A DNA stretch of 64,000 nt from Octopus vulgaris. Its lineage: Eukaryota. Position 1 is the first letter of the stretch. Every line of letters starts with the position of its first letter. The notes under the pieces are model-generated. The model was given only the letters and a program-made list of their open reading frames with translations. It did not search any database and was not told the DNA's origin. Shown piece by piece: positions 30,746 to 42,637 of this stretch. The position numbers were made by a program, and so were the translations under genes. The stretch lies in contig OX597814.1 in NCBI GenBank assembly GCA_951406725.2, positions 29,760,001-29,824,000 on the forward strand, given 5' to 3'.

Positions 30746-30750
30746 GGCAT
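30746..30750 (-). CDS. TEX14-like gene exon 1 coding part (ATG CC)
   Basis: aaaATGCC|gtaagt has a consensus donor and phase 2, matching exon 2. There is an in-frame TGA upstream. Confidence 0.55.
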
Positions 30751-31029
30751 TTTCAATTCTGTCACACTCAATATATATATTCTTCAAAATGTTCGTTTAT
30801 ATAGTTTTGGTCAGAATATATTTTAAATCACCTTTCACTGGTTGGTTATCGAAATAACAAATCAGAAAGCATTACGATCGAACAGATTATTGGGTACTCT
30901 GAATTATGCAAATATATACATATTCGAGTGTCATAATGAGATTTGTCTACGAGAAGAGCAGCACTCTTTATCTCTTAAAATAAATCTTTTAGAGGAAGAA
31001 TCTATTTACGAATTGCAAAACATATTGTT

Positions 31030-31430
31030 TAGCCCTGATTAAATAGACAATGATCAAAGACATTTAAGCAACGATCATGCCATCTTTATCCAGACATAGT
31101 GTTTTTAAGACGAGATTATCCAAAATGTTCTTTTTTGCAGACAATAAAGTGTGATTGGGAACAAGTTTGGTTGCTATTTCTAACAGGTTGAGCTTCCCAT
31201 AACAACTTTCCCTTTGTTGTTTCTCAGATCAGTTTTGATAAAGCAGACCTATAGTTAAAGGCGTTCTAGCCGTTACAATCCTGTCTCTTTTCTTATTTTG
31301 TGTGTGTGTGTGTATTTGCGAATATATATTTATATATATCCAACGTATCGTTCGTACTTTGAAAGCAGTAGGATTTGTTTTGAGGGAGATTTGGTTGCTA
31401 TTTCATTTAAGTCGAACTACCATGTAAGGG
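31030..31430 (+). repeat. two tandem ancient repeat copies upstream of the gene
   Basis: tttggttgctatttc motif at about 31166 and 31390, each preceded by a related agac...aaag...cagc segment. Confidence 0.5.
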
Positions 31431-32607
31431 CTCTTTATGATAGGTGATCCTCTCTACCTGAAATCTGATTGACACCTGTGTTCATAATTTATAGTAACTT
31501 TTGAAGATCTATTTATTTTAGAATCTTTATTTTGAATTGCTCTTTTGCCGTTGGTCATGTCGATAAGTTATTAGACTTGCGATAGTTAGGTTTCGATGTA
31601 TATTTCTCCAAAGTAACTTTATGCCCATGAACTCCGACTGGCTGTATGCAAATGAGTTTATAACTGGGCCCGGTCCACACAGTTGCACATAGGCACTACG
31701 TAGCTTTAGAGTTCTCTGTTGTATACAGCAAGAACACTGTATAACTGACAAATGTTTTGTGGGCATTCTTGTGAAATCTTGTAGAAGTGATGGAAAGGGG
31801 AGACTTCAACAGGCTGACTTTCTTGCCTTGGGTGCACTATATAAAGACAAAGGATGCCTAAACCAGTATGGTCCCGTTCAAAACACTGATGAAATTTTTT
31901 ACCCACCTCCCTCTTTATTAATGAGAAGACAAAAATAAATTGACATTCCTATAATTCTTCTTTCTTTGCTGTGATGCCAGGCAAATTTGTAAAAGTTTAA
32001 TTGGATTAAACATGATAGTTTACTGCTCCCTCTTCAGTCCTCACAACCCCCAATGCTATCAGAGTCCTGACTCTCCCTTATGAGAAACACTGACCTAAAC
32101 GACCCCTAAATGCATATGAGGCTCAGCAAATAAGAAATAGCTTGAAAAAAATAGAAGAAAATCAGGTGAGGTAATAATCATAATTACAGAGTATTTAATG
32201 AGTATTCTGGCTGACAGAGAAAGATTTGCCTACTATATTTTCTCAGTTGCTGTTTTAGTGTTCTAAGTATCTTCATGCGTGGCATCGCGGGCTTGGAACC
32301 AGTTTTGTGGTTACTTGTTCCATGTTGCTCACTATTGCTCCATTTCTTTTATCACTACCACTTTTTTAAAGAAATTATCTCCATAAGATACTGATTGCTG
32401 CAAGCGTTTTCCCTCATTCCACTATGTCTTTAAGTAAAGACATGATTGTTTTAACTCCTTTACCCTTTTCAATCCTAAGAAAAGTAAAGTTGATCATCCA
32501 CTGATAGATACGGATGATCACGAAAGTTCAAACGATTACATTTACCATTGTCGTTATTGATCGAGCAGACTGTCAATTTATGGAAGGAATAATAATTATT
32601 ATTAGTA

Positions 32608-32999
32608 CTAGCAGTATCACCCGGCGTTGCTCGGGTTTGTTTCGACCCTTTAGAATTGGAATTTTTGAAAAGTAAAAATTTTGCATGATGTAGCTTGTTA
32701 TTCTCTTTAAGTGAACATTTTTCTGGTTGAAATACACCGAAAAATGGCGACGCAGCAGTCAAAAAATCGTAAAAAATAGGGATTTTCATAGAAATAAAGC
32801 ACCTTTTTGGTGTAAATAATTTTTGGTCTTAACATGGTCGGATTTGAATTTTATCTTCTACGGAATGAAGAGCAAGCCTTCTTCTATCATACTCTCAATT
32901 TTGGTCAACTTGCGCTGCAGGGTCTCAGAGGAGATAGTGTTAGTTGAAGGCTACCAAACCTGCCATACACAGACAACTTCAGCTTTATATATAGAGAGA
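32608..32999 (-). mobile_element. non-autonomous Helitron (type II)
   Basis: 5' A|TCTCTCTATATATAAAG and the same 3' hairpin-CTAG|T end as type I, with an unrelated body. Confidence 0.88.
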
Positions 33000-34449
33000 T
33001 TTACACTATGGCATCGTTAAAGACTGGGTCTTTTGATTTTTTATATGTCATATTCCTGGCACTAACATCTATCAGTTCCTTTCTAAATTTTGGTTATTAA
33101 CTGCACGTGTCTCTCCTTCTAATTTCTATCTACTGATAAAAACGCCTAACCAAGTGGAGGTTAGATTAATCTTAGAGGAGACTCATAGTTTTATGATTGT
33201 AATGTTTTGATATGCAAATCATTCCACATAGATACACTAGTGGGATTCTCACTTTCCAAGGGTGGTTAAACTATTGAAGCTAAAATATCAACTGATTCCA
33301 CAACAGATCAGTTTGAAATAAACAGGTATTTCTCCTTTAATTTTGCAGATACTTAAATTACAAATATTTTTTCTTGAAGATGACTGGGTTTTAAAAAAGT
33401 TGAAAATTACCATTATATGAATGTCTGAATACAAAAGCATATAATATGTTAGTAGACATATCAGGAGGAAAGTGATCTATATTTAATTGCTTGTCCTGAT
33501 AGGAGTAGCAACCAGATCTCCCTAAAATCTCATCTTACCATTCTAAAGGAAGAATACATTAGATAACATGATATCTAGGTGCACTCTATCTGAATACAAG
33601 ATGGGAAGGTGATGGCAGGAGACAGATTTAGATGAAGATAAGCCAGAAGCTATTCCACTTGAGAAACCTCTCTTTAAAGGCCTATGTTAGTGCTAAAAAT
33701 ATTGCATATCTTAGCTGGAGATACCTTTGATTGTGAGACCCTAGGTTTCAGCTGCCAAGCCTATAAGTAAATGTGGCATTGTTCATTGGTGAAATGCTTG
33801 TTGTTGTACAATTGCTCAGACAGGGCTACCCAAAGTGTTAAATAAGTACAATATATGTAAATGGAAAGTATACAGGATTGTATACTTATCTGTCCCACAT
33901 CCGTTTCCTTTTGCTACATATCTCACTTCCTTCGAAAGCCTCTTCAGAGCTTTTTATACTTTTTCCATCTCCATCCACTCCACCTTCCTACTCTCCACTG
34001 AGTGCATCTTGTAGGCAATGGTCTTCTTTTCCATATTCACCATAACCCTTTTCAGGGGTGATAACTTTACATCACTGCCCACCCTCTGTGTCATCTTACA
34101 CAGCTCCTTCAGTCTAGTTAGGTCCACTTCCCTTTTCTTTACCTTTGCAAAACTCTTTACTCTTTCCAGTTAGGTCCACTTCCCTTTTCTCTACCTCAGC
34201 AAAACTCTTTATTCTTTCCAAATGCTCGTCCATTCTGTTTACCGCCTTCACGAGCTCCTCCTTTACTGAGGATAGTTCATACTCGCTAAGGTCCAAATAC
34301 ATTCCTTTCCACTGGTACAACACTCACCAACAAACCACTGCCAAGCAGCTCAAAAACTTCTGTCCATCTTGTCAAAAATCAACACAGCGAATAAATCGAT
34401 GCATGCGCATAAGCATGCTACTTACCACACAGCCACTCCTGTGCCCACT

Positions 34450-34650
34450 ATCTTCATTAATAAACATCGCATGCCCAAGCCAATGCAGTTTTTCTCTCTT
34501 GTACACTACATCTGATTTCCCTTATACCTAGTTTTCTCAGAACACATTTGTACTCTATTATTTATGCATACCTACAATGCACATCCAGTAGAACAAGTTT
34601 GCTACATTTCTTACTCATGTTTATAAGTTCTTTTCATTCAGGGCCCAAGC
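34450..34650 (-). mobile_element. RTE-clade LINE RT C-terminal remnant
   Basis: KLGIREIRCSVQERKLHWLGHAM resembles the RTE motif RRLRWxGHV. Confidence 0.7.
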
Positions 34651-34695
34651 CTCAATACCATTGTTTTCCTTTTTGAGCAGCTCTTACCAACAATG

Positions 34696-34733
<38 letters not shown>

Positions 34734-34804
34734 CATTGTATGTATATATATATGTATATACATATATATATATATATATACATACATTGTATGTATATAT
34801 ATAT

Positions 34805-35132
34805 GTGAAGGTCGCTTGGCTTAGTGGTTAGGGCATTTGGATCACGATCGTAAGGTCATGAGTTCAATTCCTGGTGATGCATTGTGTCCTTGAACAAGAC
34901 ACTTTACTTCATGTTGCTCCAGTCTACTCAGCTAGCAAAAATAAGTAGTACCTGTATTTCAAAGGGCCAGCCTTGTCACATTCTGTGTCATGCTGAATCT
35001 CCCTGAGAACTACGTTAAGGGTACACGTGTCTGTGGAGTGCTCAGCCACTTGCATATTAATTTTATGAGCAGGCTGTATTGTTGGTTGGATCAACTGGAA
35101 CACTCATTGTCATAACCAACAAAGTGCCAGTT
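34805..35132 (+). mobile_element. tRNA SINE, head H2 + tail X
   Basis: A-box tggcttagtgg, B-box agttcaattcc, CORE-like ccttgaacaagacact, tail tacctgtatttcaaagggcc... Confidence 0.85.
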
Positions 35133-35244
35133 ATATATATATTAATTTCACAAGCAAGCTGCTCTGTTGATTGTATCAGCTGGGACCCTCATCATTGTAA
35201 CCGATGGAGTGCTCCTATATATACATATATATATATATCAATCA

Positions 35245-35437
35245 TCATCATCATCATAATCGTTTAATATCCGTTTTCCATACTGGCATGGGTTGGATGG
35301 TTTGACTGAGGTCTGGAGAGCCAGCAGCTGCACCAGGCTCCAATCTGATCTGGCAATGTTTCTACTGCTGGATGCCCTTCCTAATGCCAACCACTCCGAG
35401 AGTGTAGTGGGTGCTTATTACATGCCACCAGCACAGG
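35245..35437 (-). mobile_element. SINE-like family B
   Basis: (cat)n-cgtttaa...gctggatgcccttcctaatgccaaccactcc. Confidence 0.85.
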
Positions 35438-35529
35438 GTTGGTGAAAAGCTTGATCAATGCCATTGCACAAAACCCTTGACCCTTGAGTCACCCTGTAAC
35501 TTCTGTCAATTAATAATATATATTTATGC

Positions 35530-35712
35530 TAGGTGAAATGTTTATCGGTATTTCGTCTGTCTTTACGTTCTGAGTTCAAATTCTGCCGAGGTCGACTTTG
35601 CATTTCATCCTTTCAGGGTTGATTAATTAAGTACCAGTTGCGTACTGGGATCAATCTAATTGACTGACTTGCTCCCCAAATATCTCGGGCCTTGTGCCTA
35701 GAGAAGAAAAGA
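35530..35712 (+). mobile_element. SINE family E
   Basis: gagttcaaattc..gaggtcgactttgcatttcatcctttc...taagtaccagtt, shared with 43414 and 52549. Confidence 0.8.
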
Positions 35713-35934
35713 ATAATATATGTGTATATATATATATATATATATCGGGAACATTTTTTATGTGGCTGAAGCCCAATGGATCTATTTTTAGTGCTAGAGT
35801 AGACCACATAGTGGTCGCTCTCTTATATTTATGTATAAAATGTATGAAAATCTGGGTTTTATATGCACTAAGCCTCTTGGTGTTAAATGGATGTACTATT
35901 AGATTAGTATACAAATTTCTCACCCTCATTAGTT

Positions 35935-35972
<38 letters not shown>

Positions 35973-37321
35973 CGGAGATGTACTCGCATAGCAAGTAATT
36001 TGATCTGAGATCATGTGCTGAAATGAAAACAATTGCAGCGTGGAAGGTGTTTATAAGCCATTTAAGAAACACACAAAAGCCGTTTGATTCACTTCAACAT
36101 TTAAGTTTAATTTGTCAAAATATTTTCGTCGCTAAAATCCGCGACCTGTTCACATACATATATATAAATATATATACATATATATACATATATATTATAT
36201 ATGTACATATATATATATATATATACACACATATATATATACATATATATTATATACATATATATTATCAACTGTCCCCCTCCCCCAAAATTTCAGGCCT
36301 TGTGCCTAGAGTAGAAAAGAATATTTATGTGTAATAGAGCATAAATTAAAAGAACAGAAACAAATTCCGTTATTATAAAACCTCTTTGGGATGATTAAGT
36401 AAGAATATAAACACATTCTTTCTATACTATTGATGTGTAATGAAAGAGAGAAGGAGTCTATGTGTCATCATCATCATCATCATGGGTTGGATAGTTTGAT
36501 GGGAGCTGGTAGGCCAGAGACTACTAAGCTCTACTGTCTGCTTTCATATTGCTTCTATGGCAGGGTACCCTCCCTAATGTCAACCACTTTACAGAGTTTA
36601 CTGGGTGTTTTTTTTTTTTACATGGCTCCAGCACCAGTGGGGTCACCAACTAACTTACAAGACAAATTTCCCTTGATTAGGAGGGGGAGTTGTGTTGAGG
36701 GAGGAGGGCTTTGCACTTGTTGATGAGAAGCCTAAGTATGATAGAGGAATAGAAATAGGTATCTTGCTGTAGAGGAGATTACATGGCAACCCGTCAGAAA
36801 ACAGAGAGTTATAAAGGAAGATAGATAGATAGATAGATAAATAGAGAGAGAGAGAGAGAGAGAGAGAGAGCAATATGTGAGAGAGTGTTAAAAAGGGAGA
36901 AAGAGAAAAAGAGTGAGATGGTGGTAGAGATGTGTCAGGACACATCCTCAAAGTACAGTGGTGGGGTGAATATATGTGAAGTGGTTCAGAGGATTGGACT
37001 GGGTTAATGGGCGGGAAAAGATAAAAGGGAAAGTTTTATAAGTGTGTGAGGGGAGAATGGGGATGGAATAAAGTGATGTTGAGAGATATAGCAGTGACTC
37101 AATGGGGCTATGATAGATATGTGAGGACCTTGAGAGAGATAGCAAATAAGAGGGGTATTAAAGACGGAGTATAGCAGAAGAGAGAGAGAGAGAGATCATT
37201 GACTGAAGGCATAGAAAGGAGATAATTGGTGGAAATTATGGGTAGAGAAGAAAAAGAAATGGAAGTGGTTCAAAGTGGAAGAGGAAGAAACCAAAAGTTG
37301 TGAGTATGTAGTATGTGCCTA

Positions 37322-38076
37322 TTCTGCTCTCATCCATATGCATCACATGACCAAACCAACACAATCTTCTTTCTTGCATGCTACATCTAATTCCTCTTAT
37401 GCTTTATTTTTCTCTCAAAGCACTAACACTTTGTCATATATATACACACTGACATTGCACATCCAACACAGCATACAAACTTCATTCTTCTTCTGCATGT
37501 CCTCTGCATTTAAGGCCCTGTCTCTCAGGACTACGTAGCATTGCTGTTCATACATAAGCATCATACAATCTTCCTTTCACTTAAAGAGAGAGACCTTGTG
37601 TTGCAAACAGAGGCAACAAAATTTTCTTCATCCATTTCTTATTCTAGCAACTATACTTTTGGAACATTCTCTTCCACTGCTAATTAGGTCCCCTAGGTAA
37701 TAGAAATTACTTATTACCTCTAGAGAGCCTCCAAGACATTTGAGAAAATCATTTTCCCATGCATTTGTTGTCTCTATGGCTCCTGTGCATCTTCCATGCT
37801 CAAACACTACTTTCTCCATTACCCTTCCTGTGATTCCACTGCACCTCTTGTGCATCTATAGCTTGCACTGGGTACACCATATTAGGAATTTCTGCTTATA
37901 GCTTTCCAGGGCTATTTACCCACAGTTGGTAGAGTCATGTTTATTTCTTTCTCACTGGAACTTTGGTCTTTGCTAATTAACTTTAAGGTCCTTCGATTCC
38001 AGGTTTTGCTTCCATGCCAGGAATTTCTTTTCCAACTCTGTTATAGACTCCACTATAAGTACAAGATCATCAGCAT

Positions 38077-38083
<7 letters not shown>
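37322..38083 (-). mobile_element. decayed RTE-clade LINE RT fragment with Cys/His finger insert
   Basis: LVYADDLVLIVES (RT YADD), WCTQCKL*MHKRCSG...GRC, FYYLGDLISSG, ERRLCWFGHVMHMDE; contains stops and frameshifts. Confidence 0.9.
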
Positions 38084-38119
<36 letters not shown>

Positions 38120-38280
38120 CAAGTGAGTGGAAAAACAAAAGAAGAGCACTCAACACATTTATTGAGAGCTATATGTGTATATCAAAACAATTTGATTCAA
38201 ATTCCTTAGTAATCCGAGTTTCAAAGCATGATTCTAATCCTCAACCATTGAAAAGTTTACATATATATATATACAGACAC

Positions 38281-38585
38281 ACATCGTTTAACGTCCGCTT
38301 TCCTTGCTAGCATGGGTTGGATGATTTGACTGAGGGCTGGCGAACCAGATGGCTGCACCAGGCTCCAATCTTGATCTGGCAGAGTTTCTACAGCTGGATG
38401 CCCTTCCTAACGCCAACCACTCAGAGAGTGTAGTTGGTGCTTTTATGTGCCACTGGCACAGGGCCAGTCAAGCGGTACTGGCAACAACCTCGCTTGAATC
38501 TTTTACACATGCCACCGGTGTGGGTGCCAGTAAGGCGATGCTGGTAACGATCACGCTCGAGGCGATGCTGGTAACGATCACACTT
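38281..38585 (-). mobile_element. SINE-like family B
   Basis: Family B tail plus tandem units; local 27-bp duplication of aggcgatgctggtaacgatcac. Confidence 0.85.
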
Positions 38586-38865
38586 GCACATATATATATA
38601 TATATATATAAGTGTGAGGGGTATGTATGCATATGTAAATATTCTTTATGCCAATTATTCTTGGCAGCACACATGCTCTGTTTGCTTCATTCCTGACTCA
38701 TTAGAAACAGCTGCTGGTCAACTGAAATTATTCTTTTAAGCTGTCCCTCCACATCCTTCACACAACAAAAATTCAAAATCCCCAAGTCTTCCAAGTACCT
38801 CATTCTTAGCTGTGCTACAGCTGTCCAGATAAAAAAAACAAAACCTGTAATACCTGAAGAAACTC

Positions 38866-40163
38866 ATTTACCCTCCAAAATTAGGTGGTGACCTTGCAAT
38901 GCAATTCATGCATGACTGATATCTAAACCAAAAAAAGATGTCTTCTTGCATCACACAGACCTCATTCTATCCTGCCATTTTCTTGCCTGAAGAATTTCCA
39001 CCAGCTTTTCAGGATCCTTTTTCCCTCCGCTTCTTAAAATCAATGGTTCTGTGAGCAGTAACCATATGAGGAGAGCCTGTCCCATTGTATGGTTGATTCA
39101 CTTTGCTACACTTCTCGCTCCTATAATAGTAAACATGAAATTCTGTCTGTCTGGGACCCCTGCATCTCATTCTTCATTTGCTCTACATAGACATATTATA
39201 CCTTTTTGGAATCAAGATGATCCTGGGATCGAAAATCTGCCTTCCATTTGGTTCTTGAACATCTAGCATTGGGATCTGATTTAAAACCATTTGGGCTGCT
39301 ATTTCTAGCAGGCAGAACTTGGCTGATTCATGCCATCTTTTAGTATGATGGAGACAACTGATCCAGTGGAGCACTAGACTAAAAGCAATGAATTATTATG
39401 TTTAAGATCAAACCCTTAGAGGATGGAATTTTGTATTTTATCCCTCTAAGACCAATAAACTGAATATCAGGAAGACTTAGAGTTCAAATTCCACAGAAGC
39501 TACCAACATGAATAGCAATAATAAATTAGAATCCTCCCTTGGGAAAAGAGGGCTTGATTGTATATAAGATCAATATAAAACACATTGATCTTCAGAATGC
39601 AAATGACTGAATTACATGAAGCACTTAAATAGTCAAATAAGCTAAAAGAATACTATTTATATAGATAATTACACCAATAGCTGTTTATTAGTCAGTACAC
39701 ATATGTACCTAACTACTACAATAATAAAAGGGAAATTTTCTGATGCACATATATTGTAAATGCACACACACATACACACATACATTTTTTTCTGACAACA
39801 GGTTCTGCTCTTAATTCATGGTTGAGTAATTATTTGTTGCAACAATATGCAAATGTTCATCTTTTCATCATCAGCCTGTTTATTCCACCTTTTGGGAAAC
39901 AAATTTGTGTGTCTGCTCTCTTTCTTTCTCTGCCTGTCTGTCTGTCTCTGTCTCTCTCTCTCTCTCTCTCTCACTCTCTCTCTCTCTCACTCTTTCTTTC
40001 TCTCTCTATGTTTGTGTGAGTATATATATTTACCCTCCAAAATTAGGTGGTGACCTTGCAATGCAATTCATGCATGACTGATATCTAAACCAAAAAAAGA
40101 TGTCTTCTTGCATCACACAGACCTCATTCTATCCTGCCATTTTCTTGCCTGAAGAATTTCCAC
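38866..40163 (+). repeat. perfect 136-bp dispersed direct duplication (38866-39001 and 40028-40163)
   Basis: Identical by eye from atttaccctccaaaattagg to gaagaatttccac. Confidence 0.93.
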
Positions 40164-40164
40164 A

Positions 40165-40797
40165 TAGGGTTGTCCTGAAAGTAATGCAAAAGAGGGCAAA
40201 ACTTATTTATTCATGGACATAGCTTGTTCAAATTGTGCATGTTGGGTAACTCTCCTCTATAATAACCCCACTTTCTCTTTCATTGCAGGCAAATAATGGA
40301 TTTCAAATACAAGCAATGTGCTATCATAGAGTTCTTTATATATAAGGGAAGCAGGCTGTCTGACATTCATGGGAGTCTACAGGTTGATTACTGAGATGTC
40401 ACCCTTTACAAAATCAATGTGCACAGATCATCATCATCGTCATGCTAGCATGGGTTGGACGGTTCGACCGGGGATCTGGGAAGCCAGAAGGCTGCACCAG
40501 GCTCCAGTCTTATCTGGCAATGTTTCTACAGCTGGATGCCCTTCCTAATGCCAACCACTCCGTGAGTGTAGTGGGTGCTTTTTACGTGCCACCCGCACAG
40601 GTGCCAGGCGAGGCTGGCAACAGCCATGGTCGGATTTGTGCATTTTACGTGCCACCGGCACGGAAGCCAGTCGAGGCGGCACTGGCTTCAGCCACGATTT
40701 GGATGGTGCTTTTTAGGTGCCACCGGCACGGAAGCCAGTCGAGGCGGCGCTGGCATCAGCCACGGGCGCTGAATGAAGTATTTTGAAGAAAGGAAAT
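40165..40797 (+). mobile_element. mariner transposon 5' remnant interrupted by a family B element
   Basis: TIR-like agggttgtcctgaaagtaatgc. MDFKYKQCAIIEFFIYKGSRLSDIHGSLQVDY*DVTLYKINVHR resembles the mariner N-terminal HTH and resumes as MKYFEERK after the insert. Confidence 0.75.
40428..40769 (-). mobile_element. SINE-like family B with tandem units
   Basis: (cat)n tail and repeated gtgccaccggcacggaagccagtcgaggcggc. Confidence 0.88.
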
Positions 40798-41123
40798 AAT
40801 TTTGTCATTGCAGTTCTATTTCAATTTGTCCTGCTTCTGCATATTGCCTTCTGAGGAAGTAAACCTCATGTGCTGTGATGCCATTTTGCAATCAGTGATT
40901 TACAGAAGTTCAGATTTCTAAATGTGTCTTTTATATGACAGTAGTCTTTCCATGTATTTCTTTGAAACTTGTTTGAAAACATTCCCCTATTTAATGCATC
41001 TCTTTAATGTTCTTGCTAGGCTTTTTACCTTTGTAGATACACTTTATACTGTGGTTATCGAGAATCAGGGTTACTCTTATGAAGTTGCTTTATGATCGAT
41101 GTTTTCATAGTCATAATTGTCTT

Positions 41124-41397
41124 GGTCGGAGGATTGCGGTTTCGATTCCCAGACCAGGCGTTGTGTGTATTTATTGAGCGAAAACACCTAAAGCTCCATG
41201 AGGCTCCGGCAGTGGGTGGTGGCGACCCCTGTTGTACTCTTCCACCCCAACTTTCTCTCTTTCTTCCTGTTTCTTGAGTAACGCTGCGATGGACTGGCGT
41301 CCCATCCAATTGTAGGGAACACATGCGCCACAGAAACAGGGAAACCGGGCCCATGAGCCTGGCTAGGCTTGAAAAGGGCACATAAATAAATAAAAAA
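41124..41397 (+). mobile_element. tRNA SINE, head H1 (truncated) + tail Y
   Basis: ggtttcgattcccagacc...cacctaaagctcc, then gagtaacgctgcgatggactggcgtcccatcc...aagggcacataaataaa. Confidence 0.85.
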
Positions 41398-41744
41398 TAT
41401 GTATGACTAAGGTAGCCAGCTGGTACAATCATTAGCACATTGGACAAAAATACTTAGCAGCATTTCTTCTAGCTCTTTGTAGTGTGAGTTCAGAGCCTGC
41501 TGAAGTCAATTCTTCCTTTCATCCCTTCAGGGGCCAATAAAATAAGCACCAATCAAACACTGGAATTGATGTAACCAATTTGTTGCCTCCATTAAAAAAT
41601 TGCTTGCCTTGAACCATGCAACAAACCTACATCCTGTTCAGGGGCAATGTTGTGATGTTGGTTACTTATATGCCAATGAAACCAGCCTTAGGAGAACTAT
41701 GGATAAAAAGAAAAAAGAGCATAACTTATCCAGTGCTGTTGTTG

Positions 41745-42239
41745 TTGTTGTTGTTCCTCTTCTTCCAATCAGGACTCATGCCATTAGCCACAAAGAATAA
41801 TCTCTAATTCGAGCCTACTCTAAGCTAACTAAGAATGCGTGTGGCAACTTGAAGATCCACCCACCACACGCGATAGGCTGGCGGTTGCATGGGCAAGAAA
41901 GCTACGTTTTTATCCTCATTCCGTAAACGGTGGCTTTTAACGGGTAGAGAGCTGAACCATCCTGAGGTACAGAGGATTCGCAATCTAGACTAGAGTCTGA
42001 AAGTTTACCACACCGTGGTGGGTTACACCATGGTTCCTCTGCTTTGTGGCAGAAGTAGGAAGAAAGAGTGAGAGAAAGTTGTGGTGAAAGATTACAGCGG
42101 GTTTCATCACCCCGCTGGAACCTCATGGAGCTTAGGTGTTTTTGCTCAATAAACACTCACAATGCCTGGTCTGGGAATTGAAACTGTTCTTATGACCGCG
42201 AGTCCACTGCCCTAACTACTGGGCCATTGCGCCTCCACT
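41745..42239 (-). mobile_element. tRNA SINE, head H1 + tail W ending in (AAC)n
   Basis: Full H1 head. TSD agtgctgttgttg at 41732-41744 and 42240-42252. Confidence 0.85.
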
Positions 42240-42440
42240 AGTGCTGTTGTTGACTATTATTGCTATTTCATAATATGCTGAATATTAGATCTTAATTAGA
42301 AGTCAGATTATTGTCAGCTTTGAATTTTGGGCTGTTAAGGGTTGGTTATGAAACCTGCTTAAAATTTTGTTAAATCTACCACTTAGGTTTCTTCCATGAA
42401 ACCCAAAGGAAACAAGCCTGCTAAGAAGAATTTACATTAA

Positions 42441-42637
42441 TCATCATCATCATCATCATAATCGTTTAGCATCCGCTTTCCATGCTAGCATGGGTTGGAC
42501 GGTTCAACTGGGGTCTGGGAAGCCAGAAGGCTGCACCAGGCCCAGTCTGATCTGGCAAGGTTTCTACGGCTGGATGCCCTTCCTAATGCCAACCACTCCA
42601 TGAATGTAGTGGGTGCTTTTTACGTGCCGCCGGCACA
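42441..42637 (-). mobile_element. SINE-like family B
   Basis: Family B tail with (cat)n. Confidence 0.85.

Noticed and set aside
32038-32165. Plus-strand exon candidate (cttcag...CAG|gtgagg)
   Set aside because: Stops in all frames and no partner exons or homology; it could only be non-coding.
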